Source: Felis catus
Lineage: Eukaryota
Assembly (NCBI RefSeq): GCF_018350175.1
Contig: NC_058368.1
Location: 63,862,001-63,926,000, forward strand
Direction: 5' to 3'
Length of the DNA stretch: 64,000 nucleotides
Shown: positions 25,830-38,682 of the stretch, in pieces
How the letters are laid out: each line of letters begins with the position of its first letter
How positions within the stretch are numbered: the stretch's first letter is position 1
Position numbers and translations under genes: made by a program
The notes under the pieces: generated by a model
Told to the model about the DNA's origin: nothing
Seen by the model: the letters and a program-made list of their open reading frames with translations, nothing else
Databases searched by the model: none

Positions 25830-27920
25830 TCTGTCCTCCCATACTCATCACCAATGTTTGTACCATCTCTGAAATCTGCAATTCACTTACATCACATGGT
25901 CTTCATTTTCTGCCATTCCAGCTCCCTTACTCTTGTATTTCTAATCCAAAAAATTATTTTATGTTATGGAAATATTCGTAATATTTACTCTCCCCATCCA
26001 TTTCTTTTGCCCTTATTTCTCTCCTTACCCAATCCACAGTCTATCATCCAGCATCTCCAATGCATCAGCCGTGGATATGTGCAGAAGTAAAGGCTCTCTG
26101 ACTTCAGATTGTAGGTTTAAACTACGTGTCTCCCTGGTAGTCAGACACTTTGAGAAATGTCTCACTTGTTTTGCAATTGAAGTATTTTGGAATCAAATGA
26201 TCTGAAACAGAGTCTGTACTATTAAATATGCAATCAAATTGTAATAGCTACTGTCCTAAAACAGAACAGAGCAGAACAAAACAAAACAAAACAGAAACTG
26301 ACTTGACTCTGTGTCCTTTTGAGGCTCTGTCTCCTAAATCTGTGCTCCTTGACTATAAAACTCCATGAAAGGTTTGTGTATTTTCACAGTCAACGTTTAT
26401 TTATTTATTTTTATTGAGGAATAACTGACATATAACATGGTATTAGTTTCAGGTGTACAATGTAATAATTTGATATATATATTGTGAATATATAATTCTA
26501 ATTAACATCCATCACTGCACATAATTACAAGTTTTTTTTCTTGGGATAAGAACCTTTTAAGATCTACTCTCTCGGTAACTTTCAAATATGCAATACGGTA
26601 TTTTAACTGTAGTCCCAGGCTGTACATTATATCTCCATGACTTACTTATAACTGGAAATTTGTACCTTTTGACAGTCTTGCTTTCTGATTTCCTTTTATC
26701 TCTTGTACCCTAGTTACTGTGCTTTCTGCCACATTTCTCCACAGAAACTACATTTTTCACAAGTGACCAGTGGTCTTTTTCTCATAAGATATATGGTCCA
26801 TTTTCATCCTCATTTTATGTGAGCGGTCAGTCACTTTGCACACATTTGATCATTTCCTCTTAAAAAAGAAAAAAAAAAAAACCCTTCTTCATATGTATTT
26901 TGCGATGGCCCAGACTCCACTCTCAATGGATTCCTTTTACTTCTGTGAAAATTTCTTTCCGGAATCTTTTTTAACTTTTCTTTGTCTCCACCTGTAAATG
27001 TTGGAATGCCCCAGGTATTGGTCTTCTGTGCTCTCCTCCATCTGTACTCATCCCAAGGACAATGCAGTCAACAACCACATTCATGTACTTTGCCTGGCCT
27101 TACCCTTGAGCTTTCATTTCAGCTCACATAACTAACAGCTTATTGGATAGTTCCTCTTGGATGAATAATAGTCACAGAAACAAGAATAGTCACAGAAACA
27201 CACAGATCTGTCCAAAAGAGAATTTTATTTTTCTCCCCAAATTCATTCTTCTCTAGCTTATGTGACACTTCCATTTGCCTAGTTGCTTTGGCCAAAAAAC
27301 ATCAGAAGTCATTCTTGAATCTGCTGGTTCCTTCACTTGTAGCATTTAATCCACCCTCAAGCCTTCCTATTCCCACCTTCAAAATATACGTGTCCTCAAG
27401 CGAGATCTCAGTCCTTGAAGACCGTCCTTGGCAAAGCCATCATCCCCTTTTCCTTGAACCGCACAGACTGCTTCGTATCTGGATTCGTGGTTTCCATCTT
27501 GTCTATCACTCTGTTGTGACTTGCCCAGACTTCTCTCCAAACAATAGACAGATAGACAGTGTGATATTTTTAAAACATAAAACAGATAATGTTATTGCTC
27601 TGCTCAGAATTCTGCAGTGACTTCAGACAAACTCATTCTTTGGCAGAACATACGTGAAATCATGTAATCCGGCCAATTTACCTCTGATCCCCAACCCCCA
27701 CCCCATACTCTGTGGTGTTTTTCCATTGTAGCAGCCTTTTTTTTCTCCTTCCCAGGACTATTTTAATTCCTGTTCTCTCTGTATATAAGCACCTCCCTGT
27801 GATCTTCCCATGGCTGCTTCTGTATTCATTCAGAACATAACTCAAATACCACTTTAAAGAAGTTCTTCTTGGCCAACTAGTTGAAGCGGTCCATTGTCCC
27901 CTAACTCATCAGTCTATGAC
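25830..27920 (+). mobile_element. Long L2 remnant (interrupted)
   Basis: ctccacagaaact...caagtgaccagtgg, taaatgttggaatgccccagg, ctcttggatgaataatag...tccaaaagagaa and tttttaaaacataaaacagat are L2-like motifs. Confidence 0.65.
26395..26670 (-). mobile_element. L1MA-like 3' terminus
   Basis: tttattgaggaataactgacatataaca...ttaagatctactctctc..aactttcaaatatgcaatac...aactggaaatttgtaccttttgac. Confidence 0.85.
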
Positions 27921-27931
27921 TTACTCATTTA

Positions 27932-28380
27932 ATTTTTTTTTTTGCTTTTTAGTTTAACTTCCAACTAGTTAACATACAGTATAGTATTAGTTTCAGGTGC
28001 ACAACATAGTGATTCAATAGTTCCATACAACACCCGATCCTTATCACAGCAAGTACTCTTTTTATCCCTATCACCTATTTAATCCATTCCCCACCCCTAC
28101 CCACCTCCCCTCTGGTAACCATCAGTTTGTTCTCTATAATTGAGTTTGTTTCCTGGTTTGCCTCTCTCTGTCTCTCTCTTTTTTTTCCCTTTTGCATGTG
28201 TTTGGTTTCTTAAATTCCATTATGAATGAAATCATATGGTATTTGTCTTTGACTGACTTATTTGGCTTAGCGTAATACTCTCTAGCTCCATCTGTGTCAT
28301 TACAAATGGCAAGATTTCATTTTTTTGATGGCTGACCAATATTCCATTGCCTATTTATACCACTTCTACTTTCTCCATTC
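27932..28380 (-). mobile_element. L1_Carn 3' end
   Basis: ctagttaacatacagt...tctggtaaccatcagtttgttctct...acaaatggcaagatttc. Confidence 0.9.
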
Positions 28381-28719
28381 AGGAGTCCATCCTCTGTCCA
28401 ACCCATTAGTCTATCTCTTACCCATTTTTGACTGAATGGCATTCACTAAGGCATAAAGGTAATATATTTAATGTTCTATTTTCAGTTTCCTCTGCTAGAA
28501 TGTAAGCATTTTTAAAAAGTTTCATCATCTCTCAGAATGTATTCCCATCTTTTAGAATAACACCCTACAAATAATAGGTGCTCCACATACTGAGCGATAC
28601 TGCTATCTGTAGCTAAACAAGGACTAAAATGCATAAATTTGACTTCCAGTCCTGGGAGCTTGCAAAAATAATGTGCTCATATAATTGTAAGGGAGGAAGA
28701 AAGATAGGTATGAATGAAA

Positions 28720-28840
28720 AGGAAAGAGATTGGAATGAAGGAAGGAAAGTAAAAGGGAAGAAGGGAAGGAACGAGGAAAAGAAGGAAAGACAGAAGAAAG
28801 GGAAGGAGGAAAGAAAGGCAAGAGGGCTCAAGAGGGGAAA
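28720..28840. repeat. Purine-rich (GGAA-like) low-complexity tract
   Basis: gaaggaaggaaagtaaaagggaagaagggaaggaacgagg... Confidence 0.8.
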
Positions 28841-29085
28841 ATAATTGGTTGTCTTAGTTTTCAGTCTCTCCCCATTTCTGACAACAACATAGCTCAGTTT
28901 GGAGGAATTAGTCCTCAATTCTGGGTTGGTTTTCCTTTTCTCATTTGATTACATTGGCACTCAGCCCCATTCTTCCATTTTACATGGAAGACCGGCTTTT
29001 TATGCAGATTTCATGTATCTAAATATTTGTCAGTTTGGCCTACAAGTTGCATTTTTTTTCTAAGAGTCCTGAGTTAAGTGATTTT

Positions 29086-29287
29086 TTTTAACATTTTATT
29101 TATTTTTGGCGGACAGAGAGAGAGAGAGAAAGAGAGCAGGGAGGGGCAGAGAGAGAAGGAGACACAGAATCTGAAGCAGGCTCCTGGCTCTGAGCTGTCA
29201 GCACAGAGCCCGATGCGGGCCTCAAACTCACGAACCTCAAGGTAATGATCAGAGACGAAGTCAGATACTGAGCCACCCAGGAGCCCC
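29086..29287 (-). mobile_element. Can-SINE
   Basis: TSD tgagttaagtgattt / tgagttaaatgattt at 29070 and 29289. Confidence 0.95.
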
Positions 29288-30098
29288 ATGAGTTAAATGA
29301 TTTTAAATGGCCACATGCAGTAAATTTAATTAGTGATTAGGCATCAGATTGAAATGCAGAAGCTCCCTCTGGTGGTTTAATTTGCAGGTGCTCAAAACTA
29401 GCAATGCAGAATTAGGATCCCACTTAGAATATCTAGAAATGTTATTCTGCTTCACAGTGTCCTGCCCCTCCTCCCCTTCCTCTTCTTTCTTCTCGTTTAA
29501 TTTGAATTATAAAATGAGTTCAGTGTGGCAACCTTTATGATGATAGCTACTGAAATCTATGCAGGGAGGCAACTTCTGGAAAATTAAAAGGAAAGACAAG
29601 GAAAAGCCAGCCATCCAAGGACAAACATTCTTTGGTTCCAAGTAGACACTTGTAAAAGGGCCTTATTTACTCTTTGCAGGCTCTAGAGTTAACATATCTC
29701 TACCCTTGCGAACTGGAGACAATAGGTGTTTTCTTCCTTATTCAGCGTTAACACTGTTTTATTTGCTTTTTCCCAGGAACTGGGCACCTTGTACAAACTT
29801 AGAATTCTCCTTATGGATAACTTATATTTAAAAGTACTGCTTTTTAGGGTCTTAATAATTTATAACTTACTATAAATATTCCTTGTTGCAATACCAGAAT
29901 GTACTAGTGTTTTAAAAGTGGTATTATAGCTATAACTTTATATTTTTTCCACAGCTGACTTCTGGAATTATTTATACCTTGAACTTCAAAGTAGCATGCA
30001 TATTATATAGATGGTGATTGCTCCATAGTTACAGGGTATGATATTCTGTAATCACTTATTTTTTCATTTCCATTAATACAAACTTAGCAAAATCTTTT

Positions 30099-30314
30099 TT
30101 TTTTTCAACGTTTTTTATTTTATTTTTGGGACAGAGAGAGACAGAGCATGAACGGGGGAGGGACAGAGAGAGAGAGGGAGACACAGAATCAGAAACAGGC
30201 TCCAGGCTCTGAGCCATCAGCCCAGAGCCCGACGCGGGGCTTGAACTCACGGACCGCGAGATCGTGACCTGGCTGAAGTCGGACGCTTAACCGACTGCGC
30301 CACCCAGGCGCCCC
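30099..30314 (-). mobile_element. Young SINEC_Fc
   Basis: CpG-rich (gaccgcgagatcgtgacc...actgcgccacccaggcgcccc); TSD ttagcaaaatctttt on both sides. Confidence 0.97.
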
Positions 30315-30597
30315 TTAGCAAAATCTTTTGTAATAACGTACTATTACCGTACCATAATACTAGTCCTCATGAAGTTAATATTTCTCACCAAAAGTAACTT
30401 TGGCTGGGAAGACATCTAGTATACTAATGGAAATTGTCAGAAAAATAGACTATATTTTACAAATGGCTCCATTAAGTTCAATTTTGCTGAAATTCATCTA
30501 TGATCATATGATTTTACTATGTTATCACTCTTGCATAATTAATATTGTTTATTTATTGTTTGCTTAATTAAATTCATCTAAAAGTTTATCAACATTC

Positions 30598-30840
30598 GGG
30601 CACCTAGGTGGCTCAGTCCGTTAAGTATCTGACTTCAGCTTAGGTCATGATCTAACATCTGTGAGTTCAAGCCCCACACCAGGCTCTGTGGTGACAGCTC
30701 AGAGCCTAGAGCCTCCTTTGGATTCTCTTTGGATTCTATTTTTGCCCCTCCCCCAACTCGTGCTTGCTCTCTCTCTCTCTCTCTCAAAAAATAAATAAAT
30801 ATTAAAAAATTTTTAAATAAACATAAATTTGAAGTTTAAA
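30598..30840 (+). mobile_element. Can-SINE
   Basis: gggcacctaggtggctcag head; TSD aaaagtttatcaaca. Confidence 0.95.
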
Positions 30841-31027
30841 AAAAGTTTATCAACACTAATTCAGTGTATTTTTATGCTTTCATTGAAGTATATGTTGCAT
30901 TATATTGAAAAATAAACTAGGAAGATATTTTGGAATCTACCTGATTCAAAGATTGAGTTAATAAACTATATTTTGATGTATGGGGACACTATCATATGTA
31001 TCAATGCGATGAAATGATATATACTTC

Positions 31028-31241
31028 TTTTTAATTTTTTCATGTTTATTTATTTTTGATAGAAAGAGATAGAGCACAAGCAGGGGAGGGGCAGAGAGAG
31101 AGGGAGACACAAAATCTGAAACAGGCTTCAGGCTCTGAGCTGTCAGTGCAGAGCTTAGAGTGGGGCTTGAACTGACAAACCTCGAGATCGTGACCTGAGC
31201 CGAAGTCAGACGCTTAACCGACTGAGCTACCCAGGCACCCC
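31028..31241 (-). mobile_element. Can-SINE
   Basis: Tail tttatttatttttga; head acccaggcacccc. Confidence 0.95.
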
Positions 31242-31494
31242 TCTGACTACTTCTGTCAAAATATAATGACACATGAGGGAAATGAACTGATAATTTAAGG
31301 AAAATTAAGCAAGATTTTTGTGTTTTAAGAGTTTTATGTATCCACATGCTCCTTTTATTAATTGCATGTAATTATCATCATTTCATTATGTGTTCAAAGC
31401 AGATGTAAGCTACAATAAAGACTAGGATGTTCAAAACAATTTATTTGTGTAGTTGTAAAAAGATATGTTACTTCATCAAACCTGAATTTGGCAT

Positions 31495-31958
31495 TATATT
31501 ATTTACAGTTCTCCAGAGAAATATATATGTGGAGAGATTTATTTTGAGGAATTGGCACATGTGATTATGGACGTGGAGAAATTCCATGACTTGCTGTTTG
31601 CAGGTGGAGACCCAGGAAAGCCAGTGGCATATGATTTAGTCTGAGTCTAAAGGCCGGAGAGCCGGGGAAGCTGATGGTGTGAATCCCAGTCTGAAGGCAG
31701 GAGAAGATGAGATGACAGTTTACTCTATGAGGCAGGGAAAAAGAGAGAAATTCCTTCTTCATCTGTTTTTTGTTCTCTGCGGGCCCTCAGTAAATTGTAT
31801 GATGCCCACTCACATTGGGGAAGGCAATCTACTTTACAGAGTCCGCTGACTCAAATGCTAATTTCATCTGGAAATAGTGTCACAGACATGCCCAGAAATA
31901 ATGTGTAACCTTGTCACCCTATGGCCAGTCAAGGTGACACACACAATTCACCATCATA
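31495..31958 (-). mobile_element. ERVL solo LTR (MLT2-like)
   Basis: ttctccagagaaa...gagagatttattttgaggaattggcacatgtgattatgga...cagtcaaggtgacacacacaattcaccatca. Confidence 0.85.
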
Positions 31959-32495
31959 GGCATTCAATGCGCAGTAATATCATGATTAAAACCAATATTG
32001 GTCAGTTGCATCCAACATGGAAAACACAGGTGGTATCAACATTTTGATAACTTTTAAAAGTTATTTGCAATACCAAAATAACACTTATTTACTAAAATAT
32101 TTTAATGTGCAATTAAAAAAGAAATGTGGATTAGAGAGTTTTTTATTTCCACCATGATTTTAAGAGCAACTACAGATCACTAGCAATATGAAAATCTTTT
32201 TTATATTGAAAAAAATGATTTTTTAGAGAAAATGTTGAGTATTCATAAATCCAAGAACATTTAATATATGTCAATTATGACATCTTTAATGAAATATGAC
32301 AGAACTTTGCTTTTCCAATTCTGTTAATCAGGTATTTGATCAAACCAAAATAATTTTGCTGTGGTAGTTTGTAGATCAGGAAGTTACTGACTATTCTTTG
32401 CAATGTTATCTGAACTTTCGTGGAAGAGAGGAAAATCTTATGTTACTATCTCACTAAGTTGGAACTTGGGGAACTCAAGAGAGAGTGCCTTCTTT

Positions 32496-32710
32496 GGGGC
32501 ACTTGGATGACTCAGTTGGTTGAGCATCTGACTTCGGCTCAGGTCATGATCTCACAGTTTGTGGCTTTGAGCCCCGTGTCGGGCTCTGTGCTGACAGCTC
32601 AGAGCCAGGAGCCTGCTTCAGATTCTGGGTCTCCCTCTCTCTCTGCCCCTTCCCTGCTCATGCTCTGTCTCTCTCTCTCAGAAATGAATAAACATTAAGA
32701 AAAAGAAAAA
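32496..32710 (+). mobile_element. Can-SINE
   Basis: ggggcacttggatgactcagttgg head, (CT)n and A-tail. Confidence 0.95.
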
Positions 32711-33159
32711 GAGGACTTCTTTTTCATAAATTCAGTTATTCTAGTTTGCCTCCTAAAATCCGTCAGAAATCAAATTGTCTAATATCCTTACATTTCTCCC
32801 CACCTCCATTAGTTTCTGGGAATCTTAAAGGAAATAACTGCCATGTTTCCCCTCATCTATTTCCACATACAAAGGAAAAATGGGCTTCTCTGGTTTATTC
32901 ATATATCTAGATCATTTTCAACCCAAATTATTTCATTCATGCAGGACACTTAGGACCCAGGTCTTATATGATGCTGGGAGTCCCTCCCAATGGATAAGAA
33001 TATGTGACTAACAAGACCACTAATAAGTATAAAGAAGAGACTGTTGATTGGATAGTAGTAGATAGACTCATCCAATAGCTAGATACAGACTTAGCAAAGT
33101 TATATTCCTGCCTTGGGCTTCCGTCTTCTCACCTATAGATTAAGGTTGGATACCTTCTG

Positions 33160-33375
33160 TTTTTCTTTTTTAAGTTTATTTATTTTGAGAGACAGAGAGC
33201 ATGAGTAGGGTAGGGTAGAGTAGTGGCAGAGGGAGAGGAGAGAGAGAATCCCAAGCAGGCTCCGCCCTGTCCCCTGCAGAGCCCGATGCGGGGCTTGAAC
33301 TCATAAGCTGCAAGATCATGGCCTGAGCCGACACCAAGTGTTGGATGCTTAACTGACTGAGCCACCCAGGAGCCT
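33160..33375 (-). mobile_element. Can-SINE
   Basis: Head ccacccaggagcctc; flanking aaggttgga repeats. Confidence 0.93.
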
Positions 33376-34143
33376 CAAGGTTGGAGACCATCTAAAAGAC
33401 TGCCAGCTCTGTTAGTCTGGAGTCCTCCCTCCCGCCCACCCTCTCCTCCTCTCTTCTTTCCTTCCCTCCTTCCTCTTAATCCTTTTATCTCTTTCTCTTT
33501 TCCAGTCCCTCTTCCTTCTCCTCTTCCCCTCCCCGCCCAACACCTTATTTTCAGAGTTGTTTTTCTCCTGCCAGAAGATTTTCTCTCCGACCTTCTTGGC
33601 ATTCTATATACATTTTGTCATTTCATCCATTTTCATGGTTTTAACTATTGACTCTATGTAGGTGATTCTATTCATTAACTTTCCTTTTATCTCCAATGCA
33701 TCATTTAGAGCTACCTTTTAGAATTACCTCCAAATCAGAGTTTTAAATGAGAATTTATCTCCTGCTCTAAGGAACAGAGAAGCCAAAACGATATACTTGC
33801 TCTACCTTCTAACTTGTACACGTGGGTTATTGGATCTTTGTTCACCCTGATTAACAGATTCAAAACTGCTAATAGCTTTGATTTTCCTTCTATCTTTTTG
33901 CCTCTGATAGTGGTGGAGCATCCATCCACCTCTGTTTCATCCTATGAACAGATCGCTTAGTAAATACTCACAGTACCTCCACATTCATTGCTTTTCAACT
34001 AGTGATGATCTATACAGTTTTCTCTTCAATTGTTATAATTATTATTAAACATTTTAAAAGACCATTGCAAAAGAAATAGAGGCTCTGCTTATGGGAGTCA
34101 ACTGAAAATGAACCATGTAAATTGTTCTTTAAAAAGATTTCTG

Positions 34144-34360
34144 AGGAGCGCCTGGGTGGCTCAGTCGCTTGATCATCTGACTCTTGATTTTGGATCAGGT
34201 CATGATCCCAGGGTTATGGGATCGAGCCCCACATAAGGCTTCGCACTGAGCATGGAGCCTGCTTAAGATCCTCTCTCTCTCTCCCCACCCTACCCCTCTT
34301 CCTCACTCACATACTCACTCTCTCTAAAATAAATAAATAGATATAAAAATAAACAAATAG
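34144..34360 (+). mobile_element. Can-SINE
   Basis: gaggagcgcctgggtggctcagtcg head and aataaa tail. Confidence 0.93.
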
Positions 34361-35615
34361 CTTTTCTAGATTATTAACTAAAAGTTTTGGCAATTTGATG
34401 ACTTGAGTAAGACTGAAAACAAAAAGGGAGGCTCTAGGAGAAGTTGTCCTTCTGCAAGAACATAGTGAGAATGGGAAGGTTTGCATGGTGATAAGTACTA
34501 AAACAAGTACTCGCTCAGGATGGGAGAAGTGATCTGGGTTAGGGGCAACTAAAAGGGGACCTTCAAGGTGAGATGGGAACTTGAAGATCAGTGGGAAGCC
34601 AGAGAATGAACTTAAAGCAAGAGTAGGTAAGGCTTAAGAATGGAAACAATTCTTTCAGAGACACTTCAGACTGATTGCAGGGGAGAACAGTACAGAGCAA
34701 GGAGGGGGATAAGGAGGAAATGGCAGTGTAAGTCAAAGATGAAAAATAGTCCAAGTAAGTGTGAAGGACTTTTCTATAGCAAGAAGGTATTGAAATGGGC
34801 CACCCAAATTGGCTCACCCCAGCGGGGCCAAGGTGACAGGCTAATGTGCTAGTAACAGATGGCTTTCCATTCCCTTTCAATAAGGTGTGAAGTAGAGCTC
34901 CCCGGGTAGCGGGTAGCAAGTCAACAAATAGAAGGGCTTTGAAATTTATTTGTATTTGTTGGAATCTGGTATATATGCCTGGACCTTTGGATACAATCAA
35001 AGATAACATAAGTCTATGGCTTGTACATTTTCTTTTGTGTTTGTAGCAAAATACAAAAAAGAATTGTAAAGATGATGAGAATAAAGATCTTGTGAGGCTA
35101 GTGTTTTCAGCTTTCTATCTACCTGTCTAGGAAATATGTTCAGTAGCCAATATGGTTTTAAGTCCAACATGGGAAGGGCAGGGTGAAATAAGATTTCCCT
35201 TAACTTATAACTACAAAGTGTTTTTATTTTCTCAAGTTTTAAGGACAGGATGAGAGCCGAGATTCCTAGAAGTTTCCTAGAGCTCTATCGCTAGTCACAA
35301 TGGATCATGATAGCAGTCTATTTCTTTTTTACTGTGTTCCTTTATTTCAAATATTCTGCAGTTTCATTAAACAATCTCACTCAATATTTCCACCATCAAC
35401 TTATATTGTCTTCCCTTGGTTCTTGTGACTAAGAGTTGTTGACAATGAAGATACTTTTTTTTCCATTAAGAAAATATTTTCACACTTAAATATATTTACA
35501 CTGCACTATCACTATTTTTCAGCTTCTTGGAAATTCACTTTGAGCCTTTTAACACCTTGGCCTTACACTTCCCTAACTTCTCACTTTTGGTCATTTGCCA
35601 AGCCCTGTTGATTTT

Positions 35616-36426
35616 TTAAAAAATAGATTGCATTTTTTAGAGCAGTTTTAAGTTCACATCAAAACTGAGCAAGAAGGTACAGATTCCCCATATATCTATC
35701 CCCTGTCCCCACTCACGCATAGCCTACCCTGTTGTCAACATCCTTGTCAGAGTCAGACATTTTTTGGAATTGAGAACCTCAACTGACACATCATTATCAC
35801 CCAGTCTATAGGTTATATTAGGATTCACTCATGGTGTTGTATATTCATTCCATTTGTTTGGACAAATTTATAATTACATGTATCCACCCTAGCATCATAC
35901 ACAGTAGTTGTACCATCCCAAACATCCTCTGTTCTCAACCTGCTTATCCCTATATTCTCTTTGATCTCTGACAACCACTAAGAATTTTAGTGCTCACAGT
36001 TTTACCTTTTCTAGAATATCATATAGTTGGAATCATACAGTTTATAGCCTTGTCAGATGGCTTATTTTACTTGGTAGTATGCATTTGAGTTTCTTCCATG
36101 TCTTTTCTATTAGCTCATTTGTTTTTAGTGTTGAGTAATATTGCGCTATCTGGATGCACCACAGTTTTACCCAGTCACCTACTGAAGGACATCTCAGCTG
36201 CTTCCAAGTTTTGGCAATTATGAATAAAGCTTCTGTAAACATCCATGTGCAGGTCTTTGTATGGACATCAGTTTTCAATTCCTACGGATAATTTTCATTT
36301 TGTAAGAAACCACGAAACTGTATTCCAAACTGTCTATACCATTCTTCGTTCCCACCAGCAATGGATAACAGTTCTTCCTGCTCTCCATCTTCCATAACTT
36401 TTGGTGTTGTCTGTGTTCTGGATTTG
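35616..36426 (-). mobile_element. L1MB/L1MC-like 3' fragment
   Basis: ttttagagcagttttaagttcaca...ctgacacatcattatcaccca...ctgaaggacatct; candidate TSD gccctgttgatttt / gccttgttgatttt. Confidence 0.88.
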
Positions 36427-36558
36427 GCCTTGTTGATTTTACTTCTCTCTATAATTCATGAATCTTTCTCTTCATGAACATAGCCACTACTACAGTTCAA
36501 AATAACTTTTTTCCCCCTCAGGACTACTTTAGGAGTCTGTTCACAATTTACCTGCTCT

Positions 36559-36710
36559 GAGGCACTTGGGTGACTCAGTTGAGCGTTTGACTCTTGGTTT
36601 CAGCTCAGGTCATGATCTTATGGTTCGTGGGTTTGAGCCCTGTGTTGCGCTCTGTGGTGACAATGAGGAGCCTGCATGGGATGCTGCCGAGAGCTCAGAG
36701 CCTGCTCAGT
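36559..36710 (+). mobile_element. Partial Can-SINE
   Basis: gaggcacttgggtgactcagttgagcg...; no (CT)n or A-tail. Confidence 0.85.
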
Positions 36711-37346
36711 TTTCTCTTTTAGGAGAAAATTCAGTTTTTTGCCTTTTTTCTCTTCTAACCTCTAATACATTTTCTTTGCAAATATAAGAAACAAGATAAA
36801 TATGGGTTAAATAAACAAATTAGTGCATAATTCCTTTAATGCTCATTGCATGGAAAATTAAAGAAATTGATAAATTTAATGGAACTTGGGAATAATTTAC
36901 TCTAATTTCTTCATCTTACATATAAGAGAATCAAATTCAAAGAAGTTCCGCTACTGTTTTCAAGATTTCAGTGCTTAAGATGGAAAAATTAGGACAACAA
37001 CCAAAGTCTCCTGAATCCTAGGCAATGTTTTTATGTATTTGCAATTATACTACTCTACTTCTTTAAGTACTCCACCTCTTTAAGGTATTGTGTGAGTCTT
37101 TTTTATGCTCTACATGGTAATATGTCCAATTAATCAGTTACTTTCTCAATGATAATTATGTAAATTATATAAAGATCTTGGGTAGATAAGTTTTTTACTC
37201 TTTCATTTGATTTTAGAAAAACGATTTTAGATTTTAGAAAAACAACTATACTAATACTCTCAAAATACAAGAAGAAGATACAGAACAATTACCAAATGAA
37301 ATGTCTATACAAATGTATTCATTATTATTTTAAGAGAGGATCTTAA

Positions 37347-37546
37347 GGGGCACCTGGGTGGCTCAGTTGATTGAATGATTGACTCTTGATTTTGGCTCAC
37401 ATCATGATCCCAGGGTCATGGGATTGAGCCCCACATTGGGCTCTGCACTGAGAATACAGCCTGCTTAGGATTCTCAATCTCTCTCTCCCTCTCCCCCTCT
37501 CTACCGCTTGCTCTCTCTCTCTCTCTCTCTAATATAAAAAAAAAAG
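37347..37546 (+). mobile_element. Can-SINE
   Basis: ggggcacctgggtggctcag head, (CT)n and A-tail. Confidence 0.95.
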
Positions 37547-38000
37547 ACCTTAAGAAGAAAACTACCTTTAGAACTCATTTAGAAAACAGACTGCATATTT
37601 AATAGCAAATTATTTCATTTAAAATTTCAGTACAATTATGTGATTGTCATAAATTGAATATAAACCATAAAATACCTATTTTGGTTAAGTAGTCTTATTT
37701 ATACAAGCAGGCAAGTTTATTAATATACTTCTCTTATTCTGCATATGTTTACTTCATGTACTTTGCGTATATATACATGCAAAACATATATATGTGCATA
37801 GCATCAATTAATCATGGTTGCCATTTTATGCAGGTAATTTGATTCCCCCTTTGGAAAATTAACAAACATTTTATGTCTTAAAAGTTAATATTGAAGTGTA
37901 AGTAAGAACATTACATTGTTTTGGACTCTAGCAAATATTACATTCTCAGGTAGGATGGAGGAAGGTTTCTAACTGCCTTTTAATATTTTCTCTTTGCAAG

Positions 38001-38134
38001 ATCAATAAGATTTGTGGCCGTCCAATCAGAACACCTACACAAAGCCCCCGTTGTTCTTTTGAGGGAAGCAAAGAGAAGCATGGGATGAAGATCTCTCCAA
38101 GAAATGGTGAAGAGACACTTGCCAACAGAAGAAA
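38001..38134 (+). CDS. GPC5: Glypican-5 internal coding exon (human exon 4 equivalent), 134 bp, phase 0 to phase 2
   Basis: Acceptor ttttctctttgcaag| and donor AA|gtaaga. Translates INKICGRPIRTPTQSPRCSFEGSKEKHGMKISPRNGEETLANRR(K), matching recalled human GPC5 VNRICGRPVRTPTQSPRCSFDQSKEKHGMKTTTRNSEETLANRRK. Confidence 0.97.
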
Positions 38135-38314
38135 GTAAGACATTTGTTTTACAACCAGAAAGAGAAAAGAAAGTAAGCCATTAATTTTCAACAGAATAGA
38201 ATGTATTCAATTAAGTAGAACCAAATACACTATTGAAGAAAAAAAGATCACCATTAATTACTTTTAAAACTCAGCAGTTGCTCCTATTCAGTTAATTAGG
38301 AAGATAAGTACAAC

Positions 38315-38682
38315 CTGTGAGACCAATAAAACTTTCTGTGATAAGGGACATTTGCTATAATACACTATGGCAGGCAATAGGCACGTATGGTCATTGTGCT
38401 CTTAAAATGTGGCTAGCGTACAATATTGTACAGCAGACCTCTAAGACTTACTCATCTAGCTCAACTGAAACTTTATGCCATTAGTTAATACTTCCCCAAT
38501 TCCCTCTCCCTGTAGTCAACAATACTACATTGTACCCTTCAAATTTTGTTACGAAAGTAGATCTTACCATAAAAAAAAAGTTTAAAATATGGCTAGTGTG
38601 ACTGATGATTCCATTTTTAATTTTAATTGATTTTAGCCTAAATTCCACATATAGTTAGTGTCTACTGTATTGGGTGATGCAA
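38315..38682. mobile_element. MER3-like hAT MITE interrupted by a ~160-bp L1 insertion (38420-38581)
   Basis: ccaataaaactttctgtgat...aaatgtggctag[insert]aaatatggctagtgtgactga...ccacatatagttagtgtctactgtattgg. Confidence 0.7.

Noticed and set aside
27163..27202. Tandem aatagtcacagaaaca duplication (similar ones at ~46040, ~55570 and ~62846)
   Set aside because: Two-copy micro-duplications are common neutral events and do not form an array.
37946..38191. 81-aa minus-strand ORF
   Set aside because: It is the antisense shadow of GPC5 exon 4.
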